From NCBI GenBank assembly GCA_902766965.1, contig CACXFJ010000033.1:2589-66588 (forward strand): a stretch of 64,000 nucleotides of DNA, given 5' to 3'. The notes beneath the pieces are model-generated. The model was given only the letters and a program-made list of their open reading frames with translations. It searched no databases and was not told the DNA's origin. This document shows positions 38,680 through 46,076 of the stretch, one piece after another. Origin of the DNA: an uncultured Eubacteriales bacterium (lineage in GTDB: Bacteria; Bacillota; Clostridia; Christensenellales; DTU072). Positions within the stretch are counted from its first letter, which is position 1; each line of letters begins with the position of its first letter. The position numbers were made by a program, and so were the translations under genes.

Positions 38680-39657
38680 TTATTTTCTTATTAACTGAAT
38701 CGTGAAGCCCGCGTTATCGCCCGCTAAGTGGAGTTTTACTATCTTTCCGCAGTCTTTTACTATCGTGTCGGGGTCTACGGAAAAGCCGCGTTTCGTAAGG
38801 TAGTGGATACAACGTTCGAGGTTGGGGGAAGAGAAAGCTATATGCCCTATATTGCCGTTATGGTTTTCTTTGACTACCTCGATACAGTTTACGGTGGTTT
38901 TGTCGGGTTCGTAATTGCCGCCGGAAAGTTTGGAGAAAGTTTTCAGAAGTTCCGTCCCCGTCGTGGGGTCGGTGTTTATTGCGACGTGGTCGAGCTTTAT
39001 ATCCAACATTTTGTTTATGCTTTCCCTTGCGGTGGTGGCTATTTCCTGATAGCGTTTTTGCTTTAACAGTTCTTCGTTTACGATATAGGTTCCGCCGCAG
39101 CAAAGAACCTGTCCGAAAGAAAGATAATTATTGAGATTATCGGCGTTTACGCCGCCCGTAGGAATGAATTTCATAAAAGGATACGGTCCGGACAGAGCTT
39201 TCAGCATATCCACGCCGCCGAGAAGTTCGGCAGGGAAGAATTTTACCGCGCGCAAACCTCTTTCGTAGGCTTGTTCTATATCGCTCGGATTACTGCACCC
39301 GGGGAATACCGGCACGCCTAATTCTATGCACTTATCGACGACTTTCGGGTTGAAGGAGGGGGTGACTATGTATTTAGCTCCGGCGTTTACCGCCTCGGTT
39401 ACCTGCTCGACGGAAATAATCGTTCCCGCGCCGACGAGCATACGTTTGCATTTCGACGTGATAAGTTTTAATACGTCTTTCGCCGCGGCGGTGCGGAAAG
39501 TGACTTCCACTACGTCGATACCCACGCCGTTAAGAACGCCCGTAAGGGGAAGCGCGTCGAGTATGTTGTTTATTTTAAGGAGCGGAACTATTCCTGCGAG
39601 GTCGAGCCTTTTTAGTACTTTGTTATAGTTGTTGGAAAATCCGGTAGGTAATTTCAT
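38680..39657 (-). CDS. eda: KDPG/KHG aldolase fused to a C-terminal VOC (glyoxalase-like) domain
   Basis: The N-terminal ~215 aa carry Eda motifs VVEVTFRT, GAGTI and LRAVKFFPAE (Schiff-base Lys). The C-terminal ~105 aa (LDHVAINTD...GHIAFSS...) look like a VOC beta-alpha-beta-beta-beta module. Confidence 0.75.
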   Translation of the reverse strand: MKLPTGFSNNYNKVLKRLDLAGIVPLLKINNILDALPLTGVLNGVGIDVVEVTFRTAAAKDVLKLITSKCKRMLVGAGTIISVEQVTEAVNAGAKYIVTPSFNPKVVDKCIELGVPVFPGCSNPSDIEQAYERGLRAVKFFPAELLGGVDMLKALSGPYPFMKFIPTGGVNADNLNNYLSFGQVLCCGGTYIVNEELLKQKRYQEIATTARESINKMLDIKLDHVAINTDPTTGTELLKTFSKLSGGNYEPDKTTVNCIEVVKENHNGNIGHIAFSSPNLERCIHYLTKRGFSVDPDTIVKDCGKIVKLHLAGDNAGFTIQLIRK

Positions 39658-39709
39658 TTTTCGTACACCCTTATATTATGATATGATAAAAACATCATCC
39701 CTTATGATA

Positions 39710-39738
39710 AGTATATCATAGCGGCAGTAGTATTTCAA
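39710..39738 (-). promoter_or_regulatory. Sigma-A type promoter of eda (minus strand)
   Basis: On the minus strand: TTGAAA, 17-nt spacer, TATACT, with a TG extended -10. Confidence 0.5.
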
Positions 39739-39744
39739 GACGCA

Positions 39745-39884
39745 ATTTGTACAGGGAGCGTCCTATACGCGTCGCGTTACGCGGCAAAAAACAGGAAAAA
39801 ACAATTTTACGAAATATAAAGCACTTTGCTTTTCGGGAGCCTTGAAAAATCTACGTCTCGTTTTCGCAAAAAATCAACTCACCT
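39745..39884 (+). repeat. Interspersed intergenic element, copy A
   Basis: 39851-39884 matches 58450-58483 at 33 of 34 nt, with the first 28 nt exact. GGGAGCGTCC...ACGC(G/C)GCAAAAAAC...AATTTTA is shared with 58299 onward. Confidence 0.75.
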
Positions 39885-39939
39885 ATGCCGTTCCCGCAAG
39901 TCTTTTACGCGTGCGTATTTACAAAAAAGACGCTATATA

Positions 39940-39968
39940 TTGCAAACGAAATCGTTGTATGTTAAAAT
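39940..39968 (+). promoter_or_regulatory. Sigma-A type promoter of the PAP2 gene
   Basis: TTGCAA, 17-nt spacer, TAAAAT, with a TG extended -10. Confidence 0.45.
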
Positions 39969-39991
39969 TATTCCATATAATCGGAGGAACA

Positions 39992-40957
39992 ATGTCAAAA
40001 AAATCTCTCGTAGGATTAGTTGCGTCGATAGTATCTTTCGTCGCGCTTATGATAGTCGCTACCTTTTACGACTTGCAAATTTCCGTCGCCATCGGAAACG
40101 CCGACAGCGTATACGGACAGTTTTTTAACTTTTTGGGAGAAACCCCTTTATGGTTCGGTATTCCGCTTTCTTTCCTGATACTGTTCAGAGCGGTGGACAA
40201 AAACAATACGTTCTATAAATGGTTAAAACCCGTTCTGCTTATATGCGTATTCGTAGGATTTTTCTTCTTCGCCCGTTACCTTATGGACGAAATGACGGCG
40301 GAACTCAAATGGAAATACCTGTACGTTACCCTTTTCGGTCTTGCGATGACGGGGGTAGCTTTACTCTGCGTCAAGAATATCGACGACGAGGTTTTCAAAA
40401 AATTAGTGATTTTCGCGATACTCACCCTTGCGATAATCGTCGTAAGTCAAGCCTTGGTTACGGCGATGAAATATATCTGGTCGAGGCAAAGGTTCCGTAA
40501 CCTGCAAGTAGGCAACGTATATTTAGGTACGTCGGAAGGTTTCACGCCCTGGTACAAACCTACTTTCGGGCGTCATAATCCCGACGTTCTTTACCCCGAC
40601 GCTCTCGGCGGCAAATCGGATAAGGGGGCGTACCGTTCTTTCCCGAGCGGTCACACGGCTGCCGCGGCGGTAACGTTCGCAATTACGATATTGCCCGACC
40701 TTTTCGAAAAATTGAAAAAATACAAAGCCGTGTTCTACGTCGTACCGGTAGTCTATACGGCGCTCGTCGCGGTGTCGAGAATAGTAAACCGCGCGCATTA
40801 TTTAAGCGACGTCACGGTAGGAGGTTTCCTTACCGCCGGCATAGCCTTTTTATTTAAGTACCTTATTCAAAAAATTTGGATTAAGCGTAAATTCTATGGA
40901 TACGAAAACTTCGTCGAACCCGTCGATAATACCGACTTAACGGAAAAGGCGGCGTAA
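39992..40957 (+). CDS. PAP2-family membrane phosphatase (lipid phosphate / undecaprenyl-PP phosphatase-like)
   Basis: PAP2 motifs KYIWSRQRF, SFPSGHTAAA, SRIVNRAHYLSDV. Multiple TM helices. ATG 39992 follows GGAGG; the track start TTG 39842 lies inside repeat copy A. Confidence 0.8.
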   Translation: MSKKSLVGLVASIVSFVALMIVATFYDLQISVAIGNADSVYGQFFNFLGETPLWFGIPLSFLILFRAVDKNNTFYKWLKPVLLICVFVGFFFFARYLMDEMTAELKWKYLYVTLFGLAMTGVALLCVKNIDDEVFKKLVIFAILTLAIIVVSQALVTAMKYIWSRQRFRNLQVGNVYLGTSEGFTPWYKPTFGRHNPDVLYPDALGGKSDKGAYRSFPSGHTAAAAVTFAITILPDLFEKLKKYKAVFYVVPVVYTALVAVSRIVNRAHYLSDVTVGGFLTAGIAFLFKYLIQKIWIKRKFYGYENFVEPVDNTDLTEKAA

Positions 40958-40958
40958 A

Positions 40959-42515
40959 GTGACGGAATCGCTGTATGAGTTTTTAATTGCCGAGTGCGTA
41001 AAGAATCCCGAAGAACGGAAGATATATTTCGGTAGGGATATAACAGGGGCTGAACTTATCCGCGACGTAAACGCCGTAGGCGGATTTTTACAAAGCCGCG
41101 GAATAAAAAAAGGCGACGTCGTGGCGATATGCTTACCTAATATTCCGCAGGCGATAGTGGCTCTGTACGCGATTAACGCCGTCGGAGCCGTTGCGTACGT
41201 TCTGCACCCGAAGACGGGAGCCGATTTTTTGGCGGGCGAAATAAAGAACGTCGGCGCGAAAGCGGTATTTTTACTCGATAGGTTCCTTAATAAATATAAA
41301 AAGGTTACCGAAAACGGTATTTTAACGATAGCGTGCCGAATGAGCGACTACCTTCCGTATCCCGAAAAAATAGTCAGAATTACCGAACCCGTTTTGCCGA
41401 AAGGCGTCGTCGTTTTTAAGGAAACCATTAAGTCGGAACCCTTTGTCGCAGTGGAAATTAAATTTAACGACCCCGCCGTGTATCTCAATTCGGGCGGAAC
41501 TACCGGCGAACCGAAGACCGTCGTTTTGTCCAACGGAGCTTTCAACGAACTTGCTTTTAACGTGCGAGCCACCGCAAGGAAGTGCGAAAAGTACGTCGAA
41601 GGAATGGGTATGCTTATGACCTTGCCGCTGTTCCACGGTTTCGGGCTGGGGGTGTGCGTACAGGTGGGGCTTTTGGTAGGCTACGTCGTACCCGTGCCGA
41701 TTTTCCGACCGTGCAAAGTAATAAAGACTATGAAAAAAATCCCCGTCAATATAATAGTCGGCGTACCGGGGATGTTGCGTAGACTTGCCGAAAAAAAGAA
41801 TTTTAAGGGGGAATTTTTACGGAATATCCGCCTAATCTTTGCGGGCGGGGATAAAGTCAACGAAGAAGTCAAAAGGAAATTTGAAGAAAGGTTACAAAAA
41901 AGCGGGTGCGATACTCTCGTAATGGAAGGGTACGGGCTCAGCGAAGTGGCGAGCGTGGCTACGATAAATACGGAGAGTCCGCATGACGGCTCTCTCGGTC
42001 AGCCGATAGAAAAGGTCGACGTAAAAATATTTATCGACGGCAAAGAAGCCGCGGAGGGAGAAGAGGGCGAAATTGCGGTGTGTTCCCCGTCGGTCACTAA
42101 CGGTTACGTCGACGGAAGTCCGTGCGAATTTTTCTCGTTAGACGGAAAAAATTATCTCGCCACGGGGGATATAGGCTATAAAAAAGGCGAAAGCGTCTAT
42201 TTCTGCGGCAGAAAGAAAAGAATGTTAAAAATCGGCGGAGTGAACGTCTTCCCGTCGCAGGTGGAAGAAGTCGCGACGCGGTTTTTCGGCGTGAAACAAG
42301 CGTGCGCGGTAAGAACCGTCTACAAAAACAAACCCGCGATAAAACTTCTTATCGTCACCGACAAAAACATAGGCGACGAATATAAATCGAAACTCACTGC
42401 CTTTATCGGCAAGAACCTCATAAAATACGCCGAACCCCGCATTATCGAACGGGTGGCAGAATTGAAAACCACTCCGTTTGGGAAAGTGGATTATAGGTAT
42501 TACGAAGAAGACTAA
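40959..42515 (+). CDS. AMP-dependent synthetase/ligase (acyl-CoA synthetase family)
   Basis: AMP-binding motifs YLNSGGTTGEPKTVVLSN, GYGLSE, ATGDIGY, GRKKRMLKIGGVNVFPSQVEE. GTG start. Confidence 0.8.
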   Translation: MTESLYEFLIAECVKNPEERKIYFGRDITGAELIRDVNAVGGFLQSRGIKKGDVVAICLPNIPQAIVALYAINAVGAVAYVLHPKTGADFLAGEIKNVGAKAVFLLDRFLNKYKKVTENGILTIACRMSDYLPYPEKIVRITEPVLPKGVVVFKETIKSEPFVAVEIKFNDPAVYLNSGGTTGEPKTVVLSNGAFNELAFNVRATARKCEKYVEGMGMLMTLPLFHGFGLGVCVQVGLLVGYVVPVPIFRPCKVIKTMKKIPVNIIVGVPGMLRRLAEKKNFKGEFLRNIRLIFAGGDKVNEEVKRKFEERLQKSGCDTLVMEGYGLSEVASVATINTESPHDGSLGQPIEKVDVKIFIDGKEAAEGEEGEIAVCSPSVTNGYVDGSPCEFFSLDGKNYLATGDIGYKKGESVYFCGRKKRMLKIGGVNVFPSQVEEVATRFFGVKQACAVRTVYKNKPAIKLLIVTDKNIGDEYKSKLTAFIGKNLIKYAEPRIIERVAELKTTPFGKVDYRYYEED

Positions 42516-42545
42516 ACGGTAAGTCGAAAAATCAACAGTTGAGGA

Positions 42546-42609
42546 GTTAATTGCCACGGAGTGGCAATTAACGCCGCATCGTCGGCTCGACAAACCTTTT
42601 TTGTTTTTT
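42546..42609 (+). terminator. 27-nt perfect palindrome of the hairpin family, a small second hairpin and a T-tract
   Basis: GTTAATTGCCAC-gga-GTGGCAATTAAC (42546-42572), then GTCG-gct-CGAC and CCTTTTTTGTTTTTT. Confidence 0.6.
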
Positions 42610-42704
42610 AATGCGTTTCGCTATTTACAACGGCGGTAAATAATGGTAATATATTAAATATATGATTTAGAGGTTTTGTTTTATCACGGAGGATAACGGA
42701 ACAA

Positions 42705-43421
42705 ATGGTAGTAAGTATTATAATTGCGGGTGTGCTTGCGATAGCTTTTATCGCGATGAGGGTTACGCTCGGCACGAAGAGTGTGAACGGCGGAGTAATC
42801 TGTATGTTCGCTAAGACCGTGGCGAGTTTAGGTTTTATCGCGGTGGGCGTCGTGGCTATCTATAACGGCGTAAACAACATTCAGTCCGCCATATTTATGA
42901 TTTGCGGTATGATTTTCGGACTTATAGGCGATATGGTGCTTGACCTTAAAGTCGTCTACCTGAAACAACCGGAAGAAGGCGTTTACCTTACCGGCGGAAT
43001 GGTAAGTTTCGGCTTGGGACACGTCATGTATATTATCGCGGTATGTCTTTTACTTAAAGACGTGGTTACGTTGGCTCTCGGCGGAGTATGCGTGGCGGTA
43101 GCGGCGGTGCTTGCTTTCGCTATGGTATTCGGCGGAGAAAAGTTTATGGGCTTCCGTTTCGGGAAGTTCACCATACATTCGATTTTGTATGCGTTCGTGC
43201 TTATTTTTATGAGCGCGTTCGCGATAGGAACCTGTATCGTCATGAAGAACACGCGTATGCTTCTTTTCGCGATAGGTATGGTATTGTTCCTCTTGTCCGA
43301 CGTCGTACTTACGCAGATGTACTTCGGCGGCAGACCCAAAGATAAAACTCTTTGCGTAATAAATCACGTTTTGTATTACGCGGCGCAGATAGTATTGGCA
43401 AGTTTTATGTTCACTATGTAA
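42705..43421 (+). CDS. YhhN-family membrane protein (lysoplasmalogenase-like)
   Basis: Eight hydrophobic helices. YhhN signatures VSFGLGHVMYI and FLLSDVVL. Confidence 0.7.
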   Translation: MVVSIIIAGVLAIAFIAMRVTLGTKSVNGGVICMFAKTVASLGFIAVGVVAIYNGVNNIQSAIFMICGMIFGLIGDMVLDLKVVYLKQPEEGVYLTGGMVSFGLGHVMYIIAVCLLLKDVVTLALGGVCVAVAAVLAFAMVFGGEKFMGFRFGKFTIHSILYAFVLIFMSAFAIGTCIVMKNTRMLLFAIGMVLFLLSDVVLTQMYFGGRPKDKTLCVINHVLYYAAQIVLASFMFTM

Positions 43422-43439
43422 AAAATCAAGGAGGCAAAA

Positions 43440-43976
43440 ATGAACGTTTGGCACGACATCAGTCCCGAAAGGATTCACCCGGAAGATTTCCTTACCGTAA
43501 TCGAAATCAGCAAAGGCAGTAAAAACAAATACGAACTCGATAAGCAGAGCGGATTATTGATACTCGACAGAGTTCTTTACACGTCCACCCATTATCCGGC
43601 TAACTACGGTTTTATTCCCCGTACTTACAGCGAAGACAACGACCCGCTCGACGTACTCGTGCTGTCCACCGAAGAAATCAAACCCATGGCTATATGCCGT
43701 TGCTACCCCATCGGTATGATTAAGATGACCGACGACGGATACAACGACGAAAAAATCGTGGCTATTCCGTTTAAGGAACCGAGCTATAACAGCTATACCG
43801 ATATAGAACAGCTCCCGAACCACGTTATGGACGAAATATGCCACTTCTTTACCGTGTATAAGGAATTGGAAGGCAAGCGTACCGCTAACATTACCGTATC
43901 CGACAAGCAGTCCGCGATAAATACGATAGCAAACGCTATGGACGCTTACAACAAGAAATTCCTGCCCGGCAGATAA
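43440..43976 (+). CDS. ppa: Inorganic pyrophosphatase, family I
   Basis: 178 aa with NKYELD, YPANYGFIP, DPLDVLVL, DEKIVA motifs. AGGAGG RBS. Confidence 0.95.
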   Translation: MNVWHDISPERIHPEDFLTVIEISKGSKNKYELDKQSGLLILDRVLYTSTHYPANYGFIPRTYSEDNDPLDVLVLSTEEIKPMAICRCYPIGMIKMTDDGYNDEKIVAIPFKEPSYNSYTDIEQLPNHVMDEICHFFTVYKELEGKRTANITVSDKQSAINTIANAMDAYNKKFLPGR

Positions 43977-43979
43977 AAA

Positions 43980-45452
43980 ATGAGGATACTTAACCGCCGT
44001 ATTGCCGCTTTTTCGGCGGCGGCGCTCATGACAGGCGTATTTATCGGCGGTTTGGTAATCGACAATATAATTTTATTGATAAGCATACCCGTCGCGTTAA
44101 CGGCGATAGGCGTGCTTTTTCTTTGCAAAAAATTCCCGACCCTTTTTGCCGTATACCTTTGTCTTGCAGTGGGAATAGCGGCTTTCGCGATAGATTATAC
44201 CGTATATAAAGGTAGGGAAACGGCGGGCTATTACGAGATAGAAGCGAGAATAGAGAAAGTCGGCAACGGCTACTATTTAGCCGACGACGTGCGGCTTAAC
44301 GGCAAGTCCTGCGTAGGCAAAATTAAAATAAACTACGATAAAGAACTCGATTCGGGCGACGAAGTGTATTTATACGGAGCAGTGGAAACTTTGGACGTAA
44401 ATATTACGGACAGCTATTCGAGTTGGTTATTCGCGAAGAAAGTAAGGTACGAGACCGACGCCGAAGCGGTGGACGTACTCGGCGTGAACAAAACCGTATT
44501 CGAAAAGATAAGGGATAGGATTACCGCGCCGATGGAAAAATTTATGTCGACGGACGACGCCGGGATAGCGAAAAGTCTTATCTTCGGCGACAAGTCGGAT
44601 TTGAGCGTAAAGGATAACGAAATAATAAGAGGCACGGGGCTTAGTCACATATTTGCGCTAAGCGGTCTGCACGTAGGGTTTCTGATGGCGATAATCGTGT
44701 TTTTGAGTAAGAAGTTAAAAGCGTCGCCCGTCGTCACTCTCGTCGTAAGCGTGGCGGTACTCGCAGTATACGGGTTCGTTACCGGCTTTCCGTCGGGACT
44801 TAAAAGAGCCGCCGTTATGACTATTCTGTGTCTTATCGCTCCTATGGTAAAGGCGAAGAACGACGCTCTTAACACTCTCGGCGCGGCGTGCTTTGTTATA
44901 ATTCTTACAAACCCGCGTGAACTTTTCGATTTGTCTTTTCTTATGAGCGCGGCGGCAGTGTTCGGAATAGCGCTGTTTTATAAACCCTTTTCTGCGTTCT
45001 TTACGGGGAAGAAAGGAGGAGGATTAAGAAAGTTTTTGGGCGAAGGCACGGCGCTTACTCTATCGTCTAACGCGGCTCTTTTCCCTATATGCTGTAACGT
45101 GTTCGGCAGTATCGCGGTATACTCCGTCGTCGCCAACCTTATTATTTTGCCGCTCGTTAGTTTTACGTTCACATTGCTTGCGGTATCGGCTATTCTTACG
45201 TTCATATTTTCGGGGTTCGGCGTACTATATTATTTAGTTCAGTTCCCCATAATAGCGGTAAGAATAATTTGCGGTTTTATTTATTCCTTGCCGTACGCTA
45301 CCGTAAGCGTGACGAGTCTCGGGATAAGTTCTGTCTTTTACGTCGCGGCGATAGTAGTCTGTTCCCGTTTCGTAAAGTTAAAGTCTACGCCGAAAATAAT
45401 TACCGTCTGCGTGCTTGCCGCGTTGTGGGCGGTAACTTTTATCGTGTTTTAA
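43980..45452 (+). CDS. comEC: ComEC/Rec2-family membrane protein lacking the C-terminal metallo-beta-lactamase domain
   Basis: N-terminal OB-like DUF4131 region, then a competence-channel domain with TGLSHIFALSGLHVGFL. The protein ends after the last TM helix. Confidence 0.75.
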   Translation: MRILNRRIAAFSAAALMTGVFIGGLVIDNIILLISIPVALTAIGVLFLCKKFPTLFAVYLCLAVGIAAFAIDYTVYKGRETAGYYEIEARIEKVGNGYYLADDVRLNGKSCVGKIKINYDKELDSGDEVYLYGAVETLDVNITDSYSSWLFAKKVRYETDAEAVDVLGVNKTVFEKIRDRITAPMEKFMSTDDAGIAKSLIFGDKSDLSVKDNEIIRGTGLSHIFALSGLHVGFLMAIIVFLSKKLKASPVVTLVVSVAVLAVYGFVTGFPSGLKRAAVMTILCLIAPMVKAKNDALNTLGAACFVIILTNPRELFDLSFLMSAAAVFGIALFYKPFSAFFTGKKGGGLRKFLGEGTALTLSSNAALFPICCNVFGSIAVYSVVANLIILPLVSFTFTLLAVSAILTFIFSGFGVLYYLVQFPIIAVRIICGFIYSLPYATVSVTSLGISSVFYVAAIVVCSRFVKLKSTPKIITVCVLAALWAVTFIVF

Positions 45453-45462
45453 CCAAAATTTA

Positions 45463-45492
45463 GGAATATATCGCTTTTGTTTTCACACCATA
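45463..45492 (+). promoter_or_regulatory. Forespore-type (sigma-F/sigma-G-like) promoter candidate for spoVT
   Basis: GGAATA, 17-nt spacer, CACCATA. Compare the sigma-G consensus TGAATA-N17/18-CATACTA. Confidence 0.35.
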
Positions 45493-45548
45493 AGGTTAAG
45501 GACGGCAAATTTTTGTTTGTCGGTCTTACTTAAAGTGGAGGAAAATAT

Positions 45549-46073
45549 ATGAAAACGACCGGTATAGTAAGGCGTATAGACGAATTGGGGAGAGTGGTTA
45601 TTCCCAAAGAATTAAGGCGAACGATGAGAATAAAGGAAGGCGAGGAGATGGAGGTTTTCGTCGCGCCCGACGATACGCTCGTTCTGAAAAAATATTCGCC
45701 GCTGAAAGCTATGGAAGACTTTTGCAAAGAGTACGCCGAAGCGGTATACAGAGTTACCGGGCATAACTGCCTTATCTGCGATAACGACGTTTTTTTGGCG
45801 GCGGCAGCCGATAAGGCTACCTATTGCGGCAAGAGAATAAGTAAAGTCCTGGAAAAACTTTTGTCGGAGCGTAAAGCCGTTTACCTTAAAGGTAACGCTA
45901 TTATAAGCGTAGCAAACGAAGGAGTTGAATATAAGGATATGGCGATTACGCCGATAATAACGAACGGCGACGTGACGGGCGGTATAGTCCTTTTAGGAAA
46001 AACTTCGGTAGGAGAAAGCGGCGTTCAGATAGCCACGATAGCGGCGGACTTCCTTGCGAAACAGTTTCAATAA
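45549..46073 (+). CDS. spoVT: Stage V sporulation protein T (AbrB-type SpoVT/AbrB domain plus GAF-like domain)
   Basis: MKTTGIVRRIDELGRVVIPKELRRTMRIKEGEEMEVF is the swapped-hairpin AbrB fold signature. Its size and the downstream yabM/yabN-like genes match B. subtilis synteny. Confidence 0.9.
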   Translation: MKTTGIVRRIDELGRVVIPKELRRTMRIKEGEEMEVFVAPDDTLVLKKYSPLKAMEDFCKEYAEAVYRVTGHNCLICDNDVFLAAAADKATYCGKRISKVLEKLLSERKAVYLKGNAIISVANEGVEYKDMAITPIITNGDVTGGIVLLGKTSVGESGVQIATIAADFLAKQFQ

Positions 46074-46076
46074 CCG

